A stretch of 64,000 bases of DNA from Eledone cirrhosa. Lineage: Eukaryota. A program made the position numbers and the translations under genes. The stretch is taken from positions 207,142,001 through 207,206,000 of the forward strand of contig OZ024743.1 in NCBI GenBank assembly GCA_964016885.1, read 5' to 3'. Below, in pieces: positions 42,901-60,900 of the stretch. The notes below the pieces were generated by a model that ran no database searches, was not told the DNA's origin, and worked only from the letters and a program-made list of their open reading frames with translations. The stretch's first letter is position 1. Every line of letters starts with the position of its first letter.

Positions 42901-45900
42901 CAACACCATCACCATTACCACCAACACCAACACCATCACCATTACCACCAATAACAACACCATCACCACTACCACCAACAACAACACCATCACCACTACC
43001 ACCAATAACAACACTATCACCACTACCACCATCACAAACACCATCTCCACTACCACAAACAACAACACCATCACCACTACCACCAACACCAACACCATCA
43101 CCGCTACCACCAACAGCAACACCAACGCCATCACCACTACCACCAACACCATCACCACTACCACCAACACCAACACCAACACCATCACCACCACCACCAA
43201 CACCAACACCATCACCACTACCACCAACACCAACGCCATCAGCACTACCACCAACACCAACACCATCACCACTACCACCACCACCAACACCATAACCACT
43301 ACCACCAACACCATCACCACTACCACCAACACCAACACCATCACCACTACCAGCAACAACAACACCATCACCACTACCACCAACACCAACGCCATCACCA
43401 CTACCGCCAACACCAACACCATCACCACTACCACCAACACCAACACCATCACCACTACCACCAACACCAACGCCGTCACCACTACCACCAACACCAACAC
43501 CATCACCGCTACCACCAACAGCAACACCAACGCCATCACCACTACCACCAACACCAACACCATCACCACTACCACCAAAAACAACACCATCACCACTACC
43601 ACCAACACCAACACCATCACCACTACCACCAACACGAACACCATCACCACTACCACCAACAACAACACCATCACCACTACCACCAACAACAACACCATCA
43701 CAACTACCACCAACACCAACACCATCACCACTACCACCAACAACAACACCATCACCACTACCACCAACAAAAACACCATCACCACTACCACCAACACCAA
43801 CACCATCACCACTACCACCAACACCAACACCATCACCACTACCACCACCACCAACACCATCACCACTACCACCAACACCAACACCATCACCACTACCACC
43901 AACAACAACACCATCACCACTACCACCAATGCCAACACCATCACCACTACCACCAACAACAACACCATCACCACTACCACCAACACCAACACCATCACCA
44001 CTAGCACCAACAACAACACCATCACCACTACCACCAACAACAACACCATCACCACTACCATCAACAGCAACACCATCACCACTACCACCAACACCAACAC
44101 CATCACCACTACCACCAACAACAACACCATCACCACTACCACCATCACAAACACCATCACCACTACCACCAACAACAACACCATCACCACTACCACCAAC
44201 ACCAACACCATCACCACTAGCACCAACAACAACACCATCACCACTACCACCAACAACAACACCATCACCACTACCACCAACAACAACACCATCACCACTA
44301 CCACCAACAACAACACCATCACCACTACCACCAACGCCAACACCATCACCACTAGCACCAACAACAACACCATCACCACTAGCACCAACAACAACACCAT
44401 CACCACTACCACCAACAACAACACCATCACCACTACCACCAACACCAACACCATCACCACTAGCACCAACAACAACACCATCACCACTACCACCAACACC
44501 AACACCATCACCACTAGCACCAACAACAACACCATCACCACTAACACCAACAACAACACAATCACCACTACCACCAACAACAACACCATCACCACTACCA
44601 CCAACACCAACACCATCACCACTACCACCAACAACAACACCATCACCACTACCACCAACACCAACACCATCACCACTACCACCAACAACAACACCATCAC
44701 CACTACCACCAACACCAACACCATCACCACTAGCACCAACAAAAAAACCATCACCACTACCACCAACAACAACACCATCACCACTACCACCAACAACAAC
44801 ACCATCACCACTACCACCAACACCAACACCATCACCACTAGCACCAACAACAACACCATCACCACTACCACCAACACCAACACCATCACCACTAGCACCA
44901 ACAACAACACCGTCACCACTACCACCAACAACAACACCATCACCACTACCACCAACAACAACACCATCACCACTACCACCAACACCAACACCATCACCAC
45001 TACCACCAACAACAACACCATCACCACTACCACCAACACCAACACCATCACCACTACTACCAACACCATCACCATCACCACTACCACCAACACCAACACC
45101 ATCACCACTAGCACCAACAAAAAAACCATCACCACTACCACCAACAACAACACCATCACCACTACCACCAACAACAACACCATCACCACTACCACCAACA
45201 CCAACACCATCACCACTAGCACCAACAACAACACCATCACCACTACCACCAACAACAACACCATCACCACTACCACCAACACCAACACCATCACCACTAC
45301 CACCAACACCAACACCATCACCACTACCACCAACAACAACACCATCACCACTACCTCCAACACCAACACCATCACCACTACCACCAACAACAACACCAAC
45401 ACAACTACCACCAACACCAACACCATCACCACTACCACCAACAACAACACCAACACCACTACCACCAACAACAACACCATCACCACTACCACCAACAACA
45501 ACACCATCACCACTACCACCAACACCAACACCATCACCACTACCACCAACACCATCACCACTACCACCATCAGCAACACCATCACCACTACCACCAACAA
45601 CAACACCATCACCACTACCACCAACAACAACACCATCACCACTACCATTAACAGCAACACCATCACCACTACCACCAACACCAACACCATCACCACTACC
45701 ACCAACAACAACACCATCACCACTACCACCAACACCAACACCATCACCACTACTACCAACACCATCACCATCACCACTACCACCAACACCAACACCATCA
45801 CCACTACCACCAACACCATCACCACTACTACCAACACCATCACCATCACGACTACCACCAACAACAAAACCAACACCACTACCACTACCACCAACACCAT

Positions 45901-48900
45901 CACCACTACCACCAACAACAACACCATCACCACCACCACCAACACCATCACTACTACCACCACCGCCACCACCAACAGTAACACCACCACCACCACCGTC
46001 GCCACCAACAGTAATATCACCACCACCACCCCCACCTCCACCACCACCACCACCGCCACCACCAACAGTAACACCACCACCGCCACCACCAACAGTAACA
46101 CCACCACCACCACCACCACCACCGCCGCCACCAACAGTAACACCACCACCACCACCACCACCACAACCACCACCACCCCCGCCACCACCAACTGTAACAC
46201 CACCACCACCACCACTACCACCAACACCAACACCATCACCACTACCACCAACACCAAACCATCACCACTACCACCAACACCAACACCATCATCACTACCA
46301 CCAACACCAACACCATCACCACTACCACCAACAGCAACACCATCAACACTACCACCAACACCAACACCATCACCACTACCACCAACACCAACACCATCAC
46401 CACTACCACCAACAACAACACCATCACCATTACCACCAACAACAACACTATCACCACTACCATCAACAGCAACACCATCACCACTACCACCAACACCAAC
46501 ACCATCACCACTACCACCAACAACAACACCATGACCACTACCATCAACAGCAACACCATCACCACTACCACCAACACCAACACCATCACCACTACCACCA
46601 ACAACAACACCATCACCACTAACACCATCACAAACACCATCACCACTACCACCAACAACAACACCATCACCACTACCACCAACACCAACACCATCACCGC
46701 TACCACCAACAGCAACACCAACGCCATCACCACTACCACCAACACCAACACCATCACCACTACCACCAACAACAACACCATCACCACTACCACCAACACC
46801 AACACCATCACCACTACCACCAACACCAACACCATCACCACTACTACCAACAACAACACCATCACCACTACCACCAACACCAACACCATCACCACTAGCA
46901 CCAACAACAACACCATCACCACTACCACCAACAACAACACCATCACCACTACCACCAACAACAACACCATCACCACTACCACCAACACCAACACCATCAC
47001 CACTACCACCAACAACAACACCAACACCACTACCACCAACACCATCACCACTACCAACAACAACACCAACACAACAACCACCAACACCAACACCATCACC
47101 ACTACCACCAACAACAACACCAACACCACTACCACCAACAACAACACCATCACCACTACCACCAACACCAACACCATCACCACTACCACCAACACCAACA
47201 CCATCACCACTACCACCAACACCAACACCATCACCACTACCACCATCAGCAACACCATCACCACTACCATCAACACCAACACCATCACCACTACCACCAA
47301 CGCCAACACCATCACCACTACCACCAACAACAACGCCATCACCACTACCACCAACACCAACACCATCACCACTACCACCAACAACAACACCATCACCACT
47401 ACCACCAAAAACAACACCATCACCACTACCACCAACAACAACACCATCACCATTATCACCAACAACAACACCATCACCACTACCACCAACACCAACACCA
47501 GCACCACTACTACCAATGCCAACACCATCACCACTACCACCAACAACAACACCATCACCACTACCACCAACTACAACACCATCACCACTACCACCATCAC
47601 AAACACCATCACCACTACCACCAACAACAACACCATCACCACTACCACCAACACCAACACCATCACCGCTACCACCAACAGCAACACCAACGCCATCACC
47701 ACTACCACCAACACCAACACCATCACCACTACCACCAACACCAACACCATCACCACTACCACCAACAACAACACCATCACCACTACCACCAACAACAACA
47801 CCATCACCACTACCACCAACACCAACACCATCACCACTACCACCAACAACAACACCATCACCACTACCACCAACAACAACACCATCACCACTACCAACAA
47901 CACCAACACCATCACCACTACCACCAACAAGAACACCATCACCACTACCACCAACACCAACACCATCACCACTACCACCAACAACAACACCATCACCACT
48001 ACCACCAACACCAACACCATCACCACTAGCACCAACAACAACACCATCACCACTACCACCAACAACAACACCATCACCACTACCACCAACACCAACACCA
48101 TCACCGCTACCACCAACAGCAACACCAACGCCATCACCACTACCACCAACACCAACACCATCACCACTACCACCAACAACAACACCATCACCACTACCAC
48201 CAACACCAACACCATCACCACTACCACCAGCACCAACACCATCACCACTACCACCAACAACAACACCATCACCATTACCACCAACAACAACACCATCACC
48301 ACTACCACCAACACCAACACCATCACCACTACCACCAATGCCAACACCATCACCACTACCACCAACAACAACACCATCACCACTACCACCAACAACAACA
48401 ACATCACCACTACCACCAACACCAACACCATCACCACTACCACCAACACCAACACCATCACCACTACCACCACCACCACCAACACCATCACCACTACCAC
48501 CAACACCAACACCATCATCACTACCACCAACACCAACACCATCACCACTACCACCAACAGCAACACCATCACCACTACCACCAACACCAACACCATCACC
48601 ACTACCACCAACACCAACACCATCACCACTACCATCAACACCAACACCATCACCACTACCACCAACAACAACACCATCACCACTACCACCAACAACAACA
48701 CCATCACCACTACCATCAACAGCAACACCATCACCACTACCACCAACACCAACACCATCACCACTACCACCAACAACACCATCACCACTACCACCAACAC
48801 CAACACTATAACCACTACCACCAACAACAACACCATCACCACTACCATCAACAGCAACACCATCACCACTACCACCAACAACACCATCACCACTACCACC

Positions 48901-51900
48901 AACACCAACACTATAACCACTACCACCAACAACAACACCATCACCACTACCACCAACACCAACACCATCACCACTACCACCATCAGCAACACCATCACCA
49001 CTACCATCAACACCAACACCATCACCACTACCACCAACGCCAACACCATCACCACTACCACCAACAACAACGCCATCACCACTACCACCAACACCAACAC
49101 CATCACCACTACCACCAACAACAACACCATCACCACTACCACCAAAAACAACACCATCACCACTACCACCAACAACAACACCATCACCATTACCACCAAC
49201 AACAACACCATCACCACTACCACCAACACCAACACCAGCACCACTACTACCAATGCCAACACCATCACCACTACCACCAACAACAACACCATCACCACTA
49301 CCACCAACTACAACACCATCACCACTACCACCATCACAAACACCATCACCACTACCACCAACAACAACACCATCACCACTACCACCAACACCAACACCAT
49401 CACCGCTACCACCAACAGCAACACCAACGCCATCACCACTACCACCAACACCAACACCATCACCACTACCACCAACACCAACACCATCACCACTACCACC
49501 AACACCAACACCATCACCACTACCACCAACAACAACACCATCACCACTACCACCAACACCAACACCATCACCACTAGCACCAACAACAACACCATCACCA
49601 CTACCACCAACAACAACACCATCACCACTACCACCAACACCAACACCATCACCGCTACCACCAACAGCAACACCAACGCCATCACCACTACCACCAACAC
49701 CAACACCATCACCACTACCACCAACAACAACACCATCACCACTACCACCAACACCAACACCATCACCACTACCACCAGCACCAACACCATCACCACTACC
49801 ACCAACAACAACACCATCACCATTACCACCAACAACAACACCATCACCACTACCACCAACACCAACACCATCACCACTACCACCAATGCCAACACCATCA
49901 CCACTACCACCAACAACAACACCATCACCACTACCACCAACAACAACAACATCACCACTACCACCAACACCAACACCATCACCACTACCACCAACACCAA
50001 CACCATCACCACTACCACCACCACCACCAACACCATCACCACTACCACCAACACCAACACCATCATCACTACCACCAACACCAACACCATCACCACTACC
50101 ACCAACAGCAACACCATCACCACTACCACCAACACCAACACCATCACCACTACCACCAACACCAACACCATCACCACTACCATCAACACCAACACCATCA
50201 CCACTACCACCAACAACAACACCATCACCACTACCACCAACAACAACACCATCACCACTACCATCAACAGCAACACCATCACATCTACCACCAACACCAA
50301 CACCATCACCACTACCACCAACAACACCATCACCACTACCACCAACACCAACACTATAACCACTACCACCAACAACAACACCATCACCACTACCATCAAC
50401 AGCAACACCATCACCACTACCACCAACACCAACACCATCACCATTACCACCAATAACAACACCATCACCACTACCACCAACAACAACACCATCACCACTA
50501 CCACCAATAACAACACCATCACCACTACCACCAACACCAACACCATCACCACTACCACCAATAACAACACTATCACCACTACCACCATCACAAACACCAT
50601 CACCACTACCACCAACAACAACACCATCACCACTACCACCAACACCAACACCATCACCGCTACCACCAACAGCAACACCAACGCCATCACCACTACCACC
50701 AACACCAACACCATCTCCACTACCACAAACAACAACACCATCACCACTACCACCAACACCAACACCATCACCGCTACCACCAACAGCAACACCAACGCCA
50801 TCACCACTACCACCAACACCATCACCACTACCACCAACACCAACACCATCACCACTACCACCAATAACAACACTATCACCACTACCACCATCACAAACAC
50901 CATCACCACTACCACCAACAACAACACCATCACCACTACCACCAACACCAACACCATCACCGCTACCACCAACAGCAACACCAACGCCATCACCACTACC
51001 ACCAACACCAACACCATCTCCACTACCACAAACAACAACACCATCACCACTACCACCAGCACCAACACCATCACCACTACCACCAACAACAACACCATCA
51101 CCATTACCACCAACAACAACACCATCACCACTACCACCAACACCAACACCATCACCACTACCACCAATGCCAACACCATCACCACTACCACCAACAACAA
51201 CACCATCACCACTACCACCAACAACAACAACATCACCACTACCACCAACACCAACACCATCACCACTACCACCAACACCAACACCATCACCACTACCACC
51301 ACCACCACCAACACCATCACCACTACCACCAACACCAACACCATCATCACTACCACCAACACCAACACCATCACCACTACCACCAACAGCAACACCATCA
51401 CCACTACCACCAACACCAACACCATCACCACTACCACCAACACCAACACCATCACCACTACCATCAACACCAACACCATCACCACTACCACCAACAACAA
51501 CACCATCACCACTACCACCAACAACAACACCATCACCACTACCATCAACAGCAACACCATCACATCTACCACCAACACCAACACCATCACCACTACCACC
51601 AACAACACCATCACCACTACCACCAACACCAACACTATAACCACTACCACCAACAACAACACCATCACCACTACCATCAACAGCAACACCATCACCACTA
51701 CCACCAACACCAACACCATCACCATTACCACCAATAACAACACCATCACCACTACCACCAACAACAACACCATCACCACTACCACCAATAACAACACCAT
51801 CACCACTACCACCAACACCAACACCATCACCACTACCACCAATAACAACACTATCACCACTACCACCATCACAAACACCATCACCACTACCACCAACAAC

Positions 51901-54900
51901 AACACCATCACCACTACCACCAACACCAACACCATCACCGCTACCACCAACAGCAACACCAACGCCATCACCACTACCACCAACACCAACACCATCTCCA
52001 CTACCACAAACAACAACACCATCACCACTACCACCAACACCAACACCATCACCGCTACCACCAACAGCAACACCAACGCCATCACCACTACCACCAACAC
52101 CATCACCACTACCACCAACACCAACACCAACACCATCACCACCACCACCAACACCAACACCATCAGCACTACCACCAACACCAACACCATCACCACTACC
52201 ACCACCACCAACACCATAACCACTACCACCAACACCATCACCACTACCACCAACACCAACACCATCACCACTACCACCAACAACAACACCATCACCACTA
52301 CCACCAACACCAACGCCATCACCACTACCGCCAACACCAACACCATCACCACTACCACCAACACCAACACCATCACCACTACCACCAACACCAATGCCGT
52401 CACCACTACCACCAACACCAACACCATCACCGCTACCACCAACAGCAACACCAACGCCATCACCACTACCACCAACACCAACACCATCACCACTACCACC
52501 AAAAACAACACCATCACCACTACCACCAACACCAACACCATCACCACTACCACCAACACGAACACCATCACCACTACCACCAACAACAACACCATCACCA
52601 CTACCACCAACAACAACACCATCACAACTACCACCAACACCAACACCATCACCACTACCACCAACAACAACACCATCACCACTACCACCAACAAAAACAC
52701 CATCACCACTACCACCAACACCAACACCATCACCACTACCACCAACACCAACACCATCACCACTACCACCACCACCAACACCATCACCACTACCACCAAC
52801 ACCAACACCATCACCACTACCACCAACAACAACACCATCACCACTACCACCAACACCAACACCATCACCACTACCACCAATGCCAACACCATCACCACTA
52901 CCACCAACAACAACACCATCACCACTACCACCAACACCAACACCATCACCACTACCACCAACAACAACACCATCACCACTACCACCAACACCAACACCAT
53001 CACCACTAGCACCAACAACAACACCATCACCACTACCACCAACAACAACACCATCACCACTACCACCAACAACAACACCATCACCACTACCACCAACAAC
53101 AACACCATCACCACTACCACCAACAACAACACCATCACCACTACCACCAACAACAACACCATCACCACTACCACCAACAACAACACCATCACCACTACCA
53201 CCAACACCAACACCATCACCACTAGCACCAACAACAACACCATCACCACTACCACCAACAACAACACCATCACCACTACCACCAACAACAACACCATCAC
53301 CACTACCACCAACAACAACACCATCACCACTACCACCAACACCAACACCATCACCACTAGCACCAACAACAACACCATCACCACTAGCACCAACAACAAC
53401 ACCATCACCACTACCACCAACAACAACACCATCACCACTACCACCAACACCAACACCATCACCACTAGCACCAACAACAACACCATCACCACTACCACCA
53501 ACAACAACACCATCACAACTACCACCAACACCAACACCATCACCACTACCACCAACACCAACACCATCACCACTACCACCAACAACAACACCATCACCAC
53601 TACCACCAACAACAACACCATCACCACTACCACCAACAACAACACCATCACCACTACCACCAACACCAACACCATCACCACTACCACCAACAACAACACC
53701 AACACAACTACCACAAACACCAACACCATCACCACTACCACCAACAACAACACGAACACCACTACCGCCAACAACAACACCATCACCACTACCACCAACA
53801 CCAACACCATCACCACTACCACCAACACCAACACCATCACCACTACCACCAACGCCAACACCATCACCACTACCACCATCAGCAACACCATCACCACTAC
53901 CACCAACAACAACACCATCACCACTACCACCAACACCAACACCATCACCGCTACCAACAACAGCAACACCAACGCCATCACCACTAACACCAAAACCAAC
54001 ACCATCACCACTACCACCAAAAACAACACCATCACCACTACCACCAACACCAACACCATCACCACTACCACCAACAACAACACCATCACCACTACCGCTC
54101 ACACCAACACCATCACCACTACCACCAACAACAACACCATCACCACTACCACCAACAACAACACCATCACCACTACCATCAACAACAAGACCATCACCAC
54201 TACCACCAACACCAACACCATCACCACTACCATCAACACCAACACCATCACCACTACCACCAACGCCAACACCATCACCACTACCACCAGCAACAACACC
54301 ATCACCACTACCACCAACAACAACACCATCACCAATACCACCAACACCAACACCATCACCACTACCACCAATGCCAACACCATCACCACTACCGCCAACA
54401 ACAACACCATCACCACTACCACCAACACCAACACCATCACCACTACCACCAATGCCAACACCGTCACCACTACCACCAACAACAACACCATCACCACTAC
54501 CACCAACACCAACACCATCACCACTACCACCAACAACAACACCATCACCACTACCACCAACAACACCATCACCACTACCACCAACACCAACACCATCACC
54601 ACTACCACCAACACCAACACCATCACCACTACTACCAACACCATCACCATCACCACTACCACCAACAACAACACCATCACCACTACCACCAACACCAACT
54701 CCATCACCACTACTACCAACACCATCACCATCACGACTACCACCAACAACAAAACCAACACCACTACCACTACCACCAACACCATCACCACTACCACCAC
54801 CAACAACACCATCACCACTACCACTACCACCAACACCATCACCACTACCACCAACAACAACACCATCACCACCACCACCAACACCATCACTACTACCACC

Positions 54901-57900
54901 ACCGCCACCACCAACAGTAACACCACCACCACCACCGCCGCCACCAACAGTAACACCACCACCACCACCACCACCACCACCGCCGCCACCAACAGTAACA
55001 CCACCACCACCACCACCACCACCACCACCGCCACCACCATTGCCGCCACCAACAGTAACACCACCACCACCACCACCACCACCGCCGCCACCAACAGTAA
55101 CACCACCACCACCACCACCACCACCGCCACCACCAACAGTAACACCACCACCACCGCCACCAACAGTAACACCACCACCACCACCACCACCACCACCACC
55201 ACCACCACCGCCACCACCAACAGTAACACCACCACCACCACCACCGCCACCATCACCACTACCACCAACCCCAACACCATCACCCCTACCACCAATGCCA
55301 ACACCGTCACCACTACCACCAACAACAACACCATCACCACTACCACCAACAACAACACCAACACCATTACCACCAACAACAACACCATCACCACTACCAC
55401 CAACACCAACACCATCACCACTACCACCAATGCCAACACCATCACCACTACCACCAACAACAACACCATCGCCACTACCACCAACAACAACACCAACACC
55501 ACTACCACCAACACCATCACCACTACCAACAACAACACCAACACAACAACCACCAACACCAACACCATCACCACTACCACCAACAACAACACCAACACCA
55601 CTACCACCAACAACAACACCATCACCACTACCACCAACACCAACACCATCACCACTACCACCAACACCAACACCATCACCACTACCACCATCAGCAACAC
55701 CATCACCACTACCATCAACACCAACACCATCACCACTACCACCAACGCCAACACCATCACCACTACCACCAACAACAACGCCATCACCACTACCACCAAC
55801 ACCAACACCATCACCACTACCACCAACAACAACACCATCACCACTACCACCAAAAACAACACCATCACCACTACCACCAACAACAACACCATCACCATTA
55901 CCACCAACAACAACACCATCACCACTACCACCAACACCAACACCAGCACCACTACTACCAATGCCAACACCATCACCACTACCACCAACAACAACACCAT
56001 CACCACTACCACCAACTACAACACCATCACCACTACCACCATCACAAACACCATCACCACTACCACCAACAACAACACCATCACCACTACCACCAACACC
56101 AACACCATCACCGCTACCACCAACAGCAACACCAACGCCATCACCACTACCACCAACACCAACACCATCACCACTACCACCAACACCAACACCATCACCA
56201 CTACCACCAACAACAACACCATCACCACTACCACCAACAACAACACCATCACCACTACCACCAACACCAACACCATCACCACTACCACCAACAACAACAC
56301 CATCACCACTACCACCAACAACAACACCATCACCACTACCACCAACACCAACACCATCACCACTACCACCAACAAGAACACCATCACCACTACCACCAAC
56401 ACCAACACCATCACCACTACCACCAACAACAACACCATCACCACTACCACCAACACCAACACCATCACCACTAGCACCAACAACAACACCATCACCACTA
56501 CCACCAACAACAACACCATCACCACTACCACCAACACCAACACCATCACCGCTACCACCAACAGCAACACCAACGCCATCACCACTACCACCAACACCAA
56601 CACCATCACCACTACCACCAACAACAACACCATCACCACTACCACCAACACCAACACCATCACCACTACCACCAGCACCAACACCATCACCATAACCACC
56701 AACAACAACACCATCACCATTACCACCAACAACAACACCATCACCACTACCACCAACACCAACACCATCACCACTACCACCAATGCCAACACCATCACCA
56801 CTACCACCAACAACAACACCATCACCACTACCACCAACAACAACAACATCACCACTACCACCAACACCAACACCATCACCACTACCACCAACACCAACAC
56901 CATCACCACTACCACCACCACCACCAACACCATCACCACTACCACCAACACCAACACCATCATCACTACCACCAACACCAACACCATCACCACTACCACC
57001 AACAGCAACACCATCACCACTACCACCAACACCAACACCATCACCACTACCACCAACACCAACACCATCACCACTACCATCAACACCAACACCATCACCA
57101 CTACCACCAACAACAACACCATCACCACTACCACCAACAACAACACCATCACCACTACCATCAACAGCAACACCATCACCACTACCACCAACACCAACAC
57201 CATCACCACTACCACCAACAACACCATCACCACTACCACCAACACCAACACTATAACCACTACCACCAACAACAACACCATCACCACTACCATCAACAGC
57301 AACACCATCACCACTACCACCAACACCAACACCATCACCATTACCACCAATAACAACACCATCACCACTACCACCAACAACAACACCATCACCACTACCA
57401 CCAATAACAACACCATCACCACTACCACCAACACCAACACCATCACCACTACCACCAATAACAACACTATCACCACTACCACCATCACAAACACCATCAC
57501 CACTACCACCAACAACAACACCATCACCACTACCACCAACACCAACACCATCACCGCTACCACCAACAGCAACACCAACGCCATCACCACTACCACCAAC
57601 ACCAACACCATCTCCACTACCACAAACAACAACACCATCACCACTACCACCAACACCAACACCATCACCGCTACCACCAACAGCAACACCAACGCCATCA
57701 CCACTACCACCAACACCATCACCACTACCACCAACACCAACACCAACACCATCACCACCACCACCAACACCAACACCATCAGCACTACCACCAACACCAA
57801 CACCATCACCACTACCACCACCACCAACACCATAACCACTACCACCAACACCATCACCACTACCACCAACACCAACACCATCACCACTACCACCAACAAC

Positions 57901-60900
57901 AACACCATCACCACTACCACCAACACCAACGCCATCACCACTACCGCCAACACCAACACCATCACCACTACCACCAACACCAACACCATCACCACTACCA
58001 CCAACACCAATGCCGTCACCACTACCACCAACACCAACACCATCACCGCTACCACCAACAGCAACACCAACGCCATCACCACTACCACCAACACCAACAC
58101 CATCACCACTACCACCAAAAACAACACCATCACCACTACCACCAACACCAACACCATCACCACTACCACCAACACGAACACCATCACCACTACCACCAAC
58201 AACAACACCATCACCACTACCACCAACAACAACACCATCACAACTACCACCAACACCAACACCATCACCACTACCACCAACAACAACACCATCACCACTA
58301 CCACCAACAAAAACACCATCACCACTACCACCAACACCAACACCATCACCACTACCACCAACACCAACACCATCACCACTACCACCACCACCAACACCAT
58401 CACCACTACCACCAACACCAACACCATCACCACTACCACCAACAACAACACCATCACCACTACCACCAACACCAACACCATCACCACTACCACCAATGCC
58501 AACACCATCACCACTACCACCAACAACAACACCATCACCACTACCACCAACACCAACACCATCACCACTACCACCAACAACAACACCATCACCACTACCA
58601 CCAACACCAACACCATCACCACTAGCACCAACAACAACACCATCACCACTACCACCAACAACAACACCATCACCACTACCACCAACAACAACACCATCAC
58701 CACTACCACCAACACCAACACCATCACCACTAGCACCAACAACAACACCATCACCACTACCACCAACAACAACACCATCACCACTACCACCAACAACAAC
58801 ACCATCACCACTACCACCAACACCAACACCATCACCACTAGCACCAACAACAACACCATCACCACTACCACCAACAACAACACCATCACCACTACCACCA
58901 ACAACAACACCATCACCACTACCACCAACAACAACACCATCACCACTACCACCAACACCAACACCATCACCACTAGCACCAACAACAACACCATCACCAC
59001 TAGCACCAACAACAACACCATCACCACTACCACCAACAACAACACCATCACCACTACCACCAACACCAACACCATCACCACTAGCACCAACAACAACACC
59101 ATCACCACTACCACCAACAACAACACCATCACAACTACCACCAACACCAACACCATCACCACTACCACCAACACCAACACCATCACCACTACCACCAACA
59201 ACAACACCATCACCACTACCACCAACAACAACACCATCACCACTACCACCAACAACAACACCATCACCACTACCACCAACACCAAAACCATCACCACTAC
59301 CACCAACAACAACACCAACACAACTACCACAAACACCAACACCATCACCACTACCACCAACAACAACACGAACACCACTACCGCCAACAACAACACCATC
59401 ACCACTACCACCAACACCAACACCATCACCACTACCACCAACACCAACACCATCACCACTACCACCAACGCCAACACCATCACCACTACCACCATCAGCA
59501 ACACCATCACCACTACCACCAACAACAACACCATCACCACTACCACCAACACCAACACCATCACCGCTACCAACAACAGCAACACCAACGCCATCACCAC
59601 TAACACCAAAACCAACACCATCACCACTACCACCAAAAACAACACCATCACCACTACCACCAACACCAACACCATCACCACTACCACCAACAACAACACC
59701 ATCACCACTACCGCTCACACCAACACCATCACCACTACCACCAACAACAACACCATCACCACTACCACCAACAACAACACCATCACCACTACCATCAACA
59801 ACAAGACCATCACCACTACCTCCAACACCAACACCATCACCACTACCATCAACACCAACACCATCACCACTACCACCAACGCCAACACCATCACCACTAC
59901 CACCAGCAACAACACCATCACCACTACCACCAACAACAACACCATCACCACTACCACCAACACCAACACCATCACCACTACCACCAATGCCAACACCATC
60001 ACCACTACCGCCAACAACAACACCATCACCACTACCACCAACACCAACACCATCACCACTACCACCAATGCCAACACCGTCACCACTACCACCAACAACA
60101 ACACCATCACCACTACCACCAACACCAACACCATCACCACTACCACCAACAACAACACCATCACCACTACCACCAACAACAACACCATCACCACTACCAC
60201 TAACACCAACACCATCACCACTACCACCAACACCAACACCATCACCACTACTACCAACACCATCACCATCACCACTACCACCAACAACAACACCATCACC
60301 ACTACCACCAACACCAACTCCATCACCACTACTACCAACACCATCACCATCACGACTACCACCAACAACAAAACCAACACCACTACCACTACCACCAACA
60401 CCATCACCACTACCACCACCAACAACACCATCACCACTACCACTACCACCAACACCATCACCACTACCACCAACAACAACACCATCACCACCACCACCAA
60501 CACCATCACTACTACCACCACCGCCACCACCAACAGTAACACCACCACCACCACCGCCGCCACCAACAGTAACACCACCACCACCACCACCACCACCACC
60601 GCCGCCACCAACAGTAACACCACCACCACCACCACCACCACCACCACCGCCACCACCATTGCCGCCACCAACAGTAACACCACCACCACCACCACCACCA
60701 CCGCCGCCACCAACAGTAACACCACCACCACCACCACCACCACCGCCACCACCAACAGTAACACCACCACCACCGCCACCAACAGTAACACCACCACCAC
60801 CACCACCACCACCACCACCACCACCACCACCACCGCCACCACCAACAGTAACACCACCACAACCACCACCACTGCCACCAACAGTAACACCACCACCACC

